From NCBI GenBank assembly GCA_002394665.1, contig DGUL01000007.1, positions 30,860 to 94,859 on the forward strand: a stretch of DNA of 64,000 nt. The letters are read 5' to 3'. The position numbers and the translations under genes are program-made. Positions 55,178-64,000 of this stretch are shown here, piece by piece. Each line of letters opens with the position of its first letter. Position 1 is the stretch's first letter. The notes below the pieces were generated by a model, which ran no database searches, had not been told where the DNA came from, and saw nothing but the letters and a program-made list of their open reading frames with translations. The stretch is from Rickettsiales bacterium UBA4311. GTDB taxonomy: Bacteria; Pseudomonadota; Alphaproteobacteria; Rickettsiales; Deianiraeaceae.

Positions 55178-56888
55178 ATCCCTTGAAAGATTTCAAAATA
55201 ACTTCTTTTTTTTTATCAAGCAACTTTTGAATTTCGCTTGTCTTGATGGATTGCGGTAAATTTGAAACTTCAACTTTTTTTATCTCCAATGCGAACAAAA
55301 AATCATCAATACGATTTTGGTTATACAATCCATTATTGTTGACTGAAAAACGGCCTATAAAACTCCTTCTAATACCTTCATTTTCCTGCTGTAATTTATA
55401 AAACAAATTTTGATTTTTCTTTGATAATTTTGTCAAAATATTCTCAATAAAATACTCATCTTTTTTCAAAAAATCATCTGTAAGTAATACTGATAAAATC
55501 TGCTTTTCTAAAAAATCTAAACTATCATTTTTTGATGGTGAAACTTCATTTACTTTTTTAAAACCAACTTTACTTTTTTTAAAAACACCATTACTATTAA
55601 AACCTTTTTTATCAAAAAAAAATTTTTTCTTAAAATGTTCTTTAAATACTCTCCTTAAATTTTCGTCGTTTATCAATGCAACTAAATCAAAAATTTCCTT
55701 TTGGAAAATCCCTTTTTGGTTCGGGTCTTCAAGATCGTAATTACTACTTTTCATTTTAAAAATAAAATCTTGAATTTTGTCCGCTTGTTGCAGTCTTTCT
55801 TGCAAACTATCACGAGAAAATTTTTTTAAAAACTCATCAACATCTTTTGCACCATCTAAGTAGCAAAATCTTGGAATAATGCCAACTTTTAACATCGGAA
55901 AAACCATTTCACAAGCACGAACTAAAGCTTTTTTGCCTGCCTCATCGCTATCAAATAAAAAAATTGGCTCCTTGCAGTAATTAAATATTTTCATTAAATG
56001 CTCTATTGTTATGCTTGTCCCAAGAGGTGCGACGGCAGTTTTAAAACCATATTGCCACAATGAAATTGCATCCATATAGCCCTCAACAACAATAAGATTA
56101 TTTTCTGCATTCAAATGCTTTTTTGCCTTATTAAGATTGAACAAAATGTTTTTTTTTTTAAAAAAAATATTCTCACTGGAATTAAGATACTTTGCTCCAT
56201 TGTCTCCATTTTTATAAACCCTTCCACCAAAAGCAACAACTCGCCCCCTTTCATTACGAATTGGAATTATAATTCTGTCTCTAAAAAATAAATATTTATT
56301 ACTCTTATCTGTTTCACTAACTTTTATAATTCCGCAATTTAAAAGATCTTCTTCTACGATATCGTCCTTACTACAAAATTCAATTAAAGCTTGCTTATCG
56401 TTATTTGCCAATCCAAAATTAAATTCTTTTAAAGTTTCCTCGCTTAAATTTCTTATACTAATCAAGTAATTCAGTGCTTCATTGTTATTATTCAGGCAAT
56501 TTGAATAGTATTCAACTACTGCATCCATTGTTTTTATGAATTTTTGTCTAAAATCTTCCGCTTTTTCGTCTTCTGTTTTAATTATGTATTTACTCCTGTC
56601 TATTGCAAAAAACTCGCAAAGTTCGTCAACTGCTTGTTTAAAATCACAACTTTTTACCTTTTGAATAAATGTAAAAACATTTCCGCCCTCTCCGCATCCA
56701 AAGCAGTGCCATAAACCCTTTACATCATCCAAATGAAAAGACGGAGTTTTTTCGTGATGGAAAGGACAACAGCATTTTTTTCTTCCAGCACCTTCGTTGT
56801 GAAGCCTGCAAAACCGCCCTATCGTCTCTGATAGTTTATGAGAAAGAATTTCGTCATTTATTGCATCGTAATTATACCTAATTGCCAT
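55164..56888 (-). CDS. dnaG: DNA primase DnaG
   Basis: Zinc finger CCPFHHEKTPSFHL..WHCFGCGEGGNVFTF and TOPRIM VVEGYMDAISL...LFDSDEAG. Confidence 0.95.
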   Translation of the reverse strand: MAIRYNYDAINDEILSHKLSETIGRFCRLHNEGAGRKKCCCPFHHEKTPSFHLDDVKGLWHCFGCGEGGNVFTFIQKVKSCDFKQAVDELCEFFAIDRSKYIIKTEDEKAEDFRQKFIKTMDAVVEYYSNCLNNNNEALNYLISIRNLSEETLKEFNFGLANNDKQALIEFCSKDDIVEEDLLNCGIIKVSETDKSNKYLFFRDRIIIPIRNERGRVVAFGGRVYKNGDNGAKYLNSSENIFFKKKNILFNLNKAKKHLNAENNLIVVEGYMDAISLWQYGFKTAVAPLGTSITIEHLMKIFNYCKEPIFLFDSDEAGKKALVRACEMVFPMLKVGIIPRFCYLDGAKDVDEFLKKFSRDSLQERLQQADKIQDFIFKMKSSNYDLEDPNQKGIFQKEIFDLVALINDENLRRVFKEHFKKKFFFDKKGFNSNGVFKKSKVGFKKVNEVSPSKNDSLDFLEKQILSVLLTDDFLKKDEYFIENILTKLSKKNQNLFYKLQQENEGIRRSFIGRFSVNNNGLYNQNRIDDFLFALEIKKVEVSNLPQSIKTSEIQKLLDKKKEVILKSFKGYDEF

Positions 56889-56899
56889 AATTTCTTTTA

Positions 56900-59065
56900 C
56901 TAACTTTCTTTCTCATTGTCTTTATCAATCATTTTTAACCACTCTTCTTCTGTTAATAATTCAATTCCAAAATCGCTTGCTCTTTTTAATTTTGAACCAG
57001 CATTTTCACCATAAACAAGAAAATCTGTATTTCCAGATATTTCCGTCAAAACTTTAAAACCACACTCTTCTGCCTTTATTTTTGCTTGCGGTCTTGTCAT
57101 ACTTTGCAATGTTCCAGTAAAAACTAAACTTTTACCCGTAAATTTTCCACTTTTTACAACAAACTCTTTTATATGACAGATCGAAGCGAGATATTTCACA
57201 ACAGCAAGATTGTTTGAATTATTAAAATATTCAACTAAATTCTCGATTAACACCTCACCAAGCCCATTGATATTTTTTACTTTTTCGAAACTCTCTGCAT
57301 CATTCAATAAATTCTCAATATTTCCATAATTACTTGCCAATATTTTTGCCACATTTTCACCGACGTCCGCAATGCCGAGAGCATAAAGAAATTTATTAAA
57401 CGTTATATTTTTACTCGCTTCTATTGAATTCAAAAGATTATCAATAGACTTATCACCAAAGCCGTCAAGATTTACCAACTTATCACGAAAATCTTTTAAA
57501 TTAAAAACATCCTCAATTTTTTTCAAAAAACCAAGATCGTAAAAACATATGATATTTTGCTTTCCAAGTCCAGCAACATCAAACCCCTCCCGCGAAGAAA
57601 AATGTTTTATTTTATCAACTATTTTATCCTTACAATCAACTTCATTAGGACACTTTATTGCAACATATCTCTCATCACGAACAAGAACAGAGCCACAACA
57701 AGGACAAACAGAAGGTGCGACGATTTCGGTTGAAATTTCTGCTTTCGTAGAAATTTCAACAATCTTTGGAATAACGTCGCCCGAACGCTTCACTACGACG
57801 TCGTCGCCTATTGCAATACCGAGCCGTTTTATTTCTTCATAATTATGCAAAGTTGCTCGCTTAACAATAACACCACCTATATTTACAGGCATCAACTCCG
57901 CTACCGGTGTAATAACTCCGGTTCTGCCAACTTGATTTTTTATACCAATAATTTTTGTAATAGCAGTAATTCCGGAAAACTTATAAGCTATTGCCCACCG
58001 CGGGTCGGTTGCGGTAAAACCAAGACTTTTTTGAATATCAAAATCGTTTATTTTTACAACAACGCCATCAATATCGCATTCAAGGCCATATCTTATTTTT
58101 TCAATTTTCTTATAAAACTCCTTAATTTCACTGGTGTTTTTCGCTAAGCACCAATGTTGATTTACGACAAAGCCAAGTTTTTGCAATAAAATCAAACTTT
58201 CAGATTGAGATTTTACAATTTCCTCGCCATAATCCATTATAAAATAAGCATAATAACCAAGCTCTCGTTCTTTCACAATTTCAGGATTTAATTGTCTCAA
58301 TGTTCCACTTGCAGCATTGCGAGGATTGGAAAATTTATCTTTTTCTTCAAGGCTTTCGTTTAATTTCAAAAACGAACTTTTAGGCATATAAACCTCGCCA
58401 CGGACTTCAAAAATTTCTGCATCTTTTGGCTGTTTTTCATAGCCATCAACATATGGCAAAACTCGTGGAAAATTAGCAATCTGCAATACATTTTCGCTTA
58501 CATCCTCACCGATTATTCCATTTCCACGAGTAGCTACATATTTCAATTTACCATAACTATAAACAGCACTGAAAGAAAGCCCGTCAATCTTCAATTCACA
58601 GATCGCCGACGGGAAGCTTTCTATTTTTAAAAACCTGTTTGTTTTTTTAATGAATTCATCAAATTCCTCTTCCGTCAATGCATTGGCAAGCGACATCATT
58701 TTTTGCTTATGTTGAATTTTTTTAAATCTATTGTTTGGTTTATATCCAATACTTTCCTCAATTTTCGGCTCCTCTTCGATATTAAAAAGCCCTTTTGCAA
58801 TTTGATTGCCTTGCCTATTTTTAACATTTTGCTCATTGTATCCGCCTTGTTTATTTTGTTGACTTATTTCTCTTTCACGTTCCTCCAAAAGCTTACGATT
58901 TTCATCCTTTAATCTTACTAGTTCTTTTTTCAAAACATCGTACTCGTAATCGCTAATCAACGACCTATTTTCATCATAATAAGCACGATTACAATCGTTC
59001 AATTTTCTTTCAAGCTTCGCGATTTTATCAACAATTTTTTGTTTATCCCTGCTGTCCTCTTGCAC
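56900..59065 (-). CDS. ligA: NAD-dependent DNA ligase LigA
   Basis: Adenylation site CELKIDGLS, the zinc module CPCCGS...CPN..C, HhH repeats, and C-terminal BRCT (FTGKSLVFTGTL). Confidence 0.96.
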   Translation of the reverse strand: MQEDSRDKQKIVDKIAKLERKLNDCNRAYYDENRSLISDYEYDVLKKELVRLKDENRKLLEEREREISQQNKQGGYNEQNVKNRQGNQIAKGLFNIEEEPKIEESIGYKPNNRFKKIQHKQKMMSLANALTEEEFDEFIKKTNRFLKIESFPSAICELKIDGLSFSAVYSYGKLKYVATRGNGIIGEDVSENVLQIANFPRVLPYVDGYEKQPKDAEIFEVRGEVYMPKSSFLKLNESLEEKDKFSNPRNAASGTLRQLNPEIVKERELGYYAYFIMDYGEEIVKSQSESLILLQKLGFVVNQHWCLAKNTSEIKEFYKKIEKIRYGLECDIDGVVVKINDFDIQKSLGFTATDPRWAIAYKFSGITAITKIIGIKNQVGRTGVITPVAELMPVNIGGVIVKRATLHNYEEIKRLGIAIGDDVVVKRSGDVIPKIVEISTKAEISTEIVAPSVCPCCGSVLVRDERYVAIKCPNEVDCKDKIVDKIKHFSSREGFDVAGLGKQNIICFYDLGFLKKIEDVFNLKDFRDKLVNLDGFGDKSIDNLLNSIEASKNITFNKFLYALGIADVGENVAKILASNYGNIENLLNDAESFEKVKNINGLGEVLIENLVEYFNNSNNLAVVKYLASICHIKEFVVKSGKFTGKSLVFTGTLQSMTRPQAKIKAEECGFKVLTEISGNTDFLVYGENAGSKLKRASDFGIELLTEEEWLKMIDKDNEKES

Positions 59066-60020
59066 GTTTCTCTTCTTTTACTGCTTTTATATTTTTCAAG
59101 TGAGTAGCATAATCTTCGGCAAAAATGTGTCCGCTTAAATCAGCCTTTGCAACAAAATATAAATAGTTGGTTTTTATTGGATACAAAACCGCAACAATAG
59201 ATCCAGCTCCGGGATTACAAATTGGCTTTATTGGAAGCCCTTTTTTTCTATAAGTATTATAATCACCTCTAATTTGTGTATCTTTCGTCATAAGAGGTCT
59301 ATTTAACTTATACTTTCCACGAGTTATTTCATAAAATGCAGTCGGACACGCCTCAAGTCTCATTCCCCTTTCAAGTCTATTCAAATAAATCCCGGCAATA
59401 ATTGGTCTTTCTTCGTCTGTTTTTGCCTCTTTTTCAACTATTGAAGCCAAAATCAAAAGATCTTGCTTTGTTTTAATGAAATCATTTCTTATCCTCTCGT
59501 CCCAAAGTTTGTTGATATAATCATTTAAACCTCCCTTCATTTGCTGAAATAACTTATTACGATCAAATTTACTACTAAAAAAATATGTCTCCGGCAAGAT
59601 AATCGCCTCTTCTTCTGCAACAATTGGATCACCTGATAGTTTATCGCTATTATTTAATATATCCAAAACTTCCCTTGTTTCAAGCCCTTCTGGTATTGTT
59701 ATAGAAACCAGTGCAGTTTTTCCTCTGCAAAGTTTTTCAACTATACTTCCAAAACTTTCTGCCTCATTAAAAAAATACTCACCCTCGTAGACCTTATCGC
59801 AATCTTCAAGCACATCCCAAACTGCTGAATAAACACGGAAAACAAAAGCACTTGAAACAAAACCTTGACGATTAAGATCCTTCGAAACTTTAGACAAACC
59901 AGCACCACCGCTAACGGAAAAACTACCTTCTTTACTGCTCTTGAAAAAAAGAGCTACGAGAAGCCACAAAAACACCAAGATAAAAACGAAGAAACCAAGA
60001 AAATAGCTAAGCTTCTTCAC
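59043..60020 (-). CDS. mltG: endolytic murein transglycosylase MltG (YceG family)
   Basis: N-terminal TM, LASIVEKEA, YNTYRKKGLPIKPICNPG. Confidence 0.9.
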   Translation of the reverse strand: MKKLSYFLGFFVFILVFLWLLVALFFKSSKEGSFSVSGGAGLSKVSKDLNRQGFVSSAFVFRVYSAVWDVLEDCDKVYEGEYFFNEAESFGSIVEKLCRGKTALVSITIPEGLETREVLDILNNSDKLSGDPIVAEEEAIILPETYFFSSKFDRNKLFQQMKGGLNDYINKLWDERIRNDFIKTKQDLLILASIVEKEAKTDEERPIIAGIYLNRLERGMRLEACPTAFYEITRGKYKLNRPLMTKDTQIRGDYNTYRKKGLPIKPICNPGAGSIVAVLYPIKTNYLYFVAKADLSGHIFAEDYATHLKNIKAVKEEKRARGQQG

Positions 60021-60025
60021 AAAGA

Positions 60026-60262
60026 TTAGCCTTGAACTTTCTTAAATCTTGCATTAAATTTCTGCATCACTTTATTGACACTATTTTCCGCATCAACACC
60101 AGCATCTTCTTTCCAAGCTGGATGATTGAAAATATTTATTTCAGCAACAATTCTATCCCCTTCTATCGTTGAAGCACTTTCAAAAACCAATTTGCTACCA
60201 TCTTTGTTGAACGTCTCTATTGTAATAGGATGATAGTTTGGATGAATACCTGCTTTTGCCAT
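60026..60262 (-). CDS. rpmE: 50S ribosomal protein L31 (non-zinc type)
   Basis: MAKAGIHPNYHPI...NHPAW...KFNARFKK. Confidence 0.85.
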   Translation of the reverse strand: MAKAGIHPNYHPITIETFNKDGSKLVFESASTIEGDRIVAEINIFNHPAWKEDAGVDAENSVNKVMQKFNARFKKVQG

Positions 60263-60311
60263 AAAAACTTCCCAGCAATTGAACTCAAAACTTTTTTTAT
60301 AAAAAGCAAGA

Positions 60312-61043
60312 TTATATTTTTTGCTTACGCAAAGTTTTTACCAATCTTAAAAGTCTTCTATAAGAAGTGAAAAAAACCTTCTCCCCAATCAAATTTCCTT
60401 GCTCTGTAATAATTTTTTCAGCCTCACATTTGTTAATTATAAAAGCACATCCGCCGAAATTTAACGCGGTCATAACGTCGCTATATCTATCACCTATATT
60501 CCAGCAACTTTTTCCAACCGCACCGCAAGCCTCCGCGACTTTATCGCAAAATTCTTTTGAAGGTTTTTGCAAAGTTCCAAAATCAAGAGTTCCGTAAGCA
60601 TTTGTAAAATATTTATCCAACTTTGCTTTTTTTAATGCATCACGCAAGCCGTCTCCTCTTTTTTGAGAAATTACAAACATAGGAATTCCATATTTATACA
60701 ACTTTTTTATCAATTTTACTACTCCGTGAACCTTACAAATCCGTTGTTTTGAAATATAAACATCATAATCCTCATTACATTTTGCGAAAATCTCATTTGA
60801 TTTATTTGTCTTGATAAAAGCCCATTGTTCGCTGTCTTTTTTTATTTTTTTTAAAGCCTTCAAAAATTCCTTATCTTTTTTCTTATCAAAGTTCATCTTT
60901 AAAGCATACTTAAACGCCTTAATTAAATGCTTATCTTCGGCTATCGTTCCGTCGTAATCAAAAAAAACAACATCCGGCAATTTGGTAATATTTTCAAATT
61001 TTGTCGCTGGTAGCCTTTTGATTTTTGCAATCGTTTCCAACAT
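60312..61043 (-). CDS. HAD-superfamily hydrolase
   Basis: Motif I VVFFDYDGTI, motif II FVISQK, motif IV IGDRYSDVMTALNFG. Confidence 0.7.
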   Translation of the reverse strand: MLETIAKIKRLPATKFENITKLPDVVFFDYDGTIAEDKHLIKAFKYALKMNFDKKKDKEFLKALKKIKKDSEQWAFIKTNKSNEIFAKCNEDYDVYISKQRICKVHGVVKLIKKLYKYGIPMFVISQKRGDGLRDALKKAKLDKYFTNAYGTLDFGTLQKPSKEFCDKVAEACGAVGKSCWNIGDRYSDVMTALNFGGCAFIINKCEAEKIITEQGNLIGEKVFFTSYRRLLRLVKTLRKQKI

Positions 61044-61151
61044 AAAAACTCATCATTTTAATCGTTGTTTTTTCTTTGTCAAGAAAAGTGAGCTCAATAA
61101 ACTATTGCAAATAATGACGCATATTTACATATAAAAAGTAAATATTCTGTA

Positions 61152-61865
61152 ATGAAAATTCACATCCTAACCTGCTTCCCAGATTATTTTTCAGGAACAT
61201 TTTGTTCGTTGTTAGGACGAGCGACAAAAGAAGGAAAACTTCAATTCAATATCATTGATATAAAAAAATATGGCATTGGAAGATATTCAAGGATAGATGA
61301 AAAACCAGCAGGAGGCGGAAGCGGTTTAATAATGCGAGCCGATGTCATTGAAAAAGCCTTACTTGATAATTTTAACATTGAGGAATTTATTGATAATCCG
61401 AAAAAACAAATAATATTGCCATCCCCAAGAGGGAAAAGATTTACACAAAAAACAGCCGGCGAACTTGCCAAGATAGATGAAATAATTTTTTTATGCAACA
61501 GATACGAAGGAATAGACCAAAGAGCAATAGAATACTTCAAAATGCGACAGATATGTGTAGGAGAATATATTCTAATGGGAGGAGAAACAGCGACTATGTG
61601 CATAATTGAAGCGAGTTGCAGACTGATTGATGGCATCCTCGGCAACCCTGAAAGTATAAAAAATGAAACATTTTCAGGAACATATCAAGACAATATTGAA
61701 TGTGACCAATACACACAGCCAAGAGAATGGAATGGTTTGAAAATACCTGAAGTTTTACTATCAGGGCACCACGGCAAAATAGCGGAATGGAGAAAAGAAA
61801 AACAAGAAGGAAAAAAAAATAACAAAACAAATGAAGTTGAAAAATTCAAACAAAAAAACCAATAA
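61152..61865 (+). CDS. trmD: tRNA (guanine37-N1)-methyltransferase TrmD
   Basis: ILTCFPDYF, PAGGGSGLIM, LCNRYEGIDQR, GEYILMGGE. Confidence 0.93.
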   Translation: MKIHILTCFPDYFSGTFCSLLGRATKEGKLQFNIIDIKKYGIGRYSRIDEKPAGGGSGLIMRADVIEKALLDNFNIEEFIDNPKKQIILPSPRGKRFTQKTAGELAKIDEIIFLCNRYEGIDQRAIEYFKMRQICVGEYILMGGETATMCIIEASCRLIDGILGNPESIKNETFSGTYQDNIECDQYTQPREWNGLKIPEVLLSGHHGKIAEWRKEKQEGKKNNKTNEVEKFKQKNQ

Positions 61866-61869
61866 GATA

Positions 61870-62166
61870 CTACTCGTCTTTGTTTGAGTAGAAATAGGCT
61901 ATTCGTATTATCATATAACTTGTAATTGGTGTAGTAATATACCAAATAATTATCCCCACACACATTTTAATCGCAGTAAAAAAATCTCCTAACCCAGCAA
62001 ATAAAGATGCAATTCCAAGAATGGCCAGAGGAATTCCAAGCATATCGTTAATCGTCCCTATGTGAATACGAGTGTAAACATTTGTAAATCTTGCAAAACC
62101 AAGCATCGTCGTAAGTGTTAAAAAGAAACCTAATGATAACAAAATGTATCCTATCGTTGTGAACAT
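61870..62166 (-). CDS. mnhG: Mrp/Mnh cation:proton antiporter subunit G
   Basis: The three-TM pattern LLSLGFFLTLTTMLGFARFTNVYTRIHIGTINDMLG is typical of MnhG/PhaG. Confidence 0.75.
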   Translation of the reverse strand: MFTTIGYILLSLGFFLTLTTMLGFARFTNVYTRIHIGTINDMLGIPLAILGIASLFAGLGDFFTAIKMCVGIIIWYITTPITSYMIIRIAYFYSNKDE

Positions 62167-62169
62167 AAA

Positions 62170-62685
62170 TTACTCTTCTTCCTTCAATAAAACCATTAAA
62201 GTTGTAAAAATTCTTCCTACACCAGCAAAAACCACCATAGCGATCCCGAGCTCAACAATAAAAACACCAATAGCATTTGGATGAGCTACTGGCAAAAACG
62301 AATAATCAAGAAAGTTTCCTGTAAAAAACAAGCCAACAAAACCAAATCCAGTATAAAAAACAAAACCGACCAATGAAGTAATTGTTAAAACCCCTTCTTT
62401 TGCCATTTTAAAACCAACGTCAAGGTTTATAAAATAATATAAACACAAAGCACAAGCGAATATCACACCAGCCTGAAAACCTCCGCCGGGCGTGTAATCG
62501 CCGTGCGAGTGAACATAAAAGCCAAAAATTAACAAAATTGGAAAAACAAACTTGGAAAGCAAGTTTATGATCATCGAATTATCTTTTATGTCAACCTTGG
62601 TCTTCACAATGCTGTTGCTGTAAGACATTCCAGATAACCTATCTGTGATAATCGATAAAACCTTCACACGAGCAGAAAAAAACAA
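62170..62685 (-). CDS. mnhB: Mrp/Mnh cation:proton antiporter subunit B
   Basis: HGDYTPGGGFQAGVIFA signature. The ORF-track start is a TTG at 62685; the ATG at 62574 (MIINLLSKF) would give a typical ~134-aa MnhB. Confidence 0.75.
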   Translation of the reverse strand: MFFSARVKVLSIITDRLSGMSYSNSIVKTKVDIKDNSMIINLLSKFVFPILLIFGFYVHSHGDYTPGGGFQAGVIFACALCLYYFINLDVGFKMAKEGVLTITSLVGFVFYTGFGFVGLFFTGNFLDYSFLPVAHPNAIGVFIVELGIAMVVFAGVGRIFTTLMVLLKEEE

Positions 62686-62737
62686 GATCCTTTTTTATCA
62701 AGTATTTTTTTACAATACCGACAATCAAAGATAAACG

Positions 62738-62810
62738 TGCCAGTTGTCAGACTCGGACTGACGACCTACTGATTACAAATCAGTTGCTCTACCAACTGAG
62801 CTAAACTGGC
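62738..62810 (-). tRNA. tRNA-Thr (anticodon UGU)
   Basis: Hand-folded cloverleaf: acceptor GCCAGTT/AACTGGC, D-arm GCTC-AGTTGGTA-GAGC, anticodon arm ACTGA-TTTGTAA-TCAGT, T-arm GTCAG-TCCGAGT-CTGAC, discriminator A. The T-loop reads TCC instead of the usual TTC. Confidence 0.85.
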
Positions 62811-62938
62811 GACGTAAAGACGATAGTTAAGAGGTTTTTTATTTTCAAGTATTAAAACAACTTTTACAAAAATTCTAAAATTTTCTGCTCATCACAATAC
62901 ACACAATAAAAATTTTTTTTACAAATCTATAACCGCTC

Positions 62939-62967
62939 TTGACAAAGAAAAAAATAAACTATATTAT
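62939..62967 (+). promoter_or_regulatory. sigma70-like promoter upstream of carD
   Basis: TTGACA (62939-62944), 17-nt spacer, TATTAT (62962-67). The carD ATG lies at 62973, only 5 nt after the -10 element. Confidence 0.5.
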
Positions 62968-62972
62968 TGAGT

Positions 62973-63614
62973 ATGATCCCTGTTAAAGTTGAGTTGGGCG
63001 AAGGTAAGGTTGAGCTCAAAGAAGGTATGATTTTGTGCACGCCTACCGAAGGTCCTTGTGAAGTTGTCGCTATTGAGAAAAAAAAAATACTCGGTAGTGA
63101 TGTAAGTTTTTGCAAACTTGTGTCAAAAATAGATGGCTTAAATATTTATTTGCCACTTGAAAAAATGAAAGGCATGGGCATTAGGACGGTTATTAGTGCC
63201 GAAAATGCCAAGAAAATTTTGACAAATATTTTTGGTAAAAGTGCAAAAGCAATGAAGGGTGTTTGGACGAAAAAAGTTCAAGAATATGAAAAAAAATTGT
63301 ATTCTGGAAATATTATTCTTGTCGCTGAAATTGTTCGTGATTTGTACGCCAATATGAAAGATCCTTCAAGATCTTATGGTGAAAGACAAATTTACAACAA
63401 TGCCCTCGGGAAAATGGTTGAGGAGTTTGCTTATGCTTTAAATATTACAAGTCAAGAAGCACATAAAACCATTATAGATAGACTCGAAGAGAAATATGCT
63501 TCATCACATAAGAATGCTGTTTCAAAAATAGATGACAGTGACTTTGATGATGACGGCGATGATTTCAAAGATGATGAGTCGGATGACTTTGAAGATGAAA
63601 CCGAGGTTGCTTAA
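62973..63614 (+). CDS. carD: CarD/CdnL-family RNA-polymerase-binding transcription regulator with acidic C-terminal tail
   Basis: GMILCTPTEGPCEVVAIEKKKILG (Tudor-like N-domain), EYEKKLYSGNI, YGERQIY, and a D/E-rich tail. A TTG alternative start lies at 62967. Confidence 0.85.
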   Translation: MIPVKVELGEGKVELKEGMILCTPTEGPCEVVAIEKKKILGSDVSFCKLVSKIDGLNIYLPLEKMKGMGIRTVISAENAKKILTNIFGKSAKAMKGVWTKKVQEYEKKLYSGNIILVAEIVRDLYANMKDPSRSYGERQIYNNALGKMVEEFAYALNITSQEAHKTIIDRLEEKYASSHKNAVSKIDDSDFDDDGDDFKDDESDDFEDETEVA

Positions 63615-63638
63615 TACTAAAAACAAGGATAGTGAACT

Positions 63639-64000
63639 ATGAACCACACCTTTGATAAAGTTTTGTTGCGTAAGTATGATGTCCGTGGTATCTACGGAAA
63701 AGATTTAAATGAAGTTGATGCTTATTTTTTTGGGCTTGCTTATGCAACTTACTCGCTTGGGGAATATTGTAAAAATTCTTCAAGCAATTCAAAATACGAA
63801 AAAAAAATTGTCGTGGGAATGGACGGGAGACTATCTTCTCCTTTGTTGCACCAACAACTCATTAAAGGAATACTTGATGCGGGAGTTGATGTTATAGACT
63901 TGGGACTTGTTTCTTCTCCAATGGTTTGTTATGGTGCGGAGCTTTTAAACGCAATTGCTTGCGTAGCAACAACAGCATCACATAATCCAAAAGAATACAA
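63639..64000 (+). CDS. phosphomannomutase/phosphoglucomutase (alpha-D-phosphohexomutase), 5' part, truncated by the window end
   Basis: Hand translation: MNHTFDKVLLRKYDVRGIYGKDL...VVGMDGRLSS...TTASHNPKEY (active-site Ser loop). AAGGA lies ~10 nt upstream of the ATG. Not in the ORF track because it runs off the window. Confidence 0.88.
   Translation, partial: MNHTFDKVLLRKYDVRGIYGKDLNEVDAYFFGLAYATYSLGEYCKNSSSNSKYEKKIVVGMDGRLSSPLLHQQLIKGILDAGVDVIDLGLVSSPMVCYGAELLNAIACVATTASHNPKEY

Noticed and set aside
63709-63897. 62-aa ORF from the supplied track.
   Set aside because: It lies out of frame inside the clearly recognisable PMM/PGM gene, which starts at 63639 and runs off the window.
1-64000. 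Looked for CRISPR arrays, rRNA genes, tmRNA, RNase P RNA and 4.5S RNA in the window.
   Set aside because: No regularly spaced direct repeats were seen. The largest intergenic gaps are at most ~255 nt and are A/T-rich, without conserved motifs of these RNAs. A by-eye search cannot exclude small novel ncRNAs.

Overview
AT-rich chromosomal segment, probably from a reduced alphaproteobacterial, Rickettsiales-like endosymbiont. The taxon is inferred from gene content: rvh-style virB8/virB9/virB2, pdhA, short RNase D, CarD, ELM1-like protein, scattered mnh subunits and an ankyrin protein. All calls come from reading the translations and DNA by eye; no searches or computations were run. I recognise about 65 protein genes, 2 tRNAs (Trp-CCA, Thr-UGU) and one short gene missing from the ORF track (rpmG, 10516-10686). 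Most of the window is housekeeping: priA, rmuC, iscS, dnaA, groES, acpS, secA, efp, ybeY, rho, rnc, pdhA, rpmB, glyS, lnt, lipB, ftsB, htrA, dnaG, ligA, mltG, rpmE, trmD, carD and a partial PMM/PGM gene. The first ~10 kb looks accessory. (1) A GHKL-ATPase ORF and a PD-(D/E)xK (Shedu/DUF4263-like) nuclease ORF are separated by a frame break at an (AC)4 tract. This looks like a candidate defence gene. (2) An intact IS1595-family transposase follows. (3) Next is an orphan 320-aa gene. (4) A Vat/XAT-type acetyltransferase is translationally coupled to hisF. (5) A partial his cluster (yerC-like regulator, hisG, hisD, hisH, hisF, divergent hisC) carries a conserved ~27-nt motif at its gene junctions. 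Its hisA slot holds a frameshifted foreign ORF next to a poly-C8 tract. Other oddities are a degenerate duplicated CarB-like (ATP-grasp) protein, Rho with a ~175-aa Asn-rich N-terminal extension, an IscS/NifS paralog fused in frame to a lipoprotein signal peptide, and a three-gene exported cluster with an ankyrin protein. There is also a split T4SS island and broken operons (orphan groES, pdhA without pdhB). No CRISPR array or rRNA was seen.
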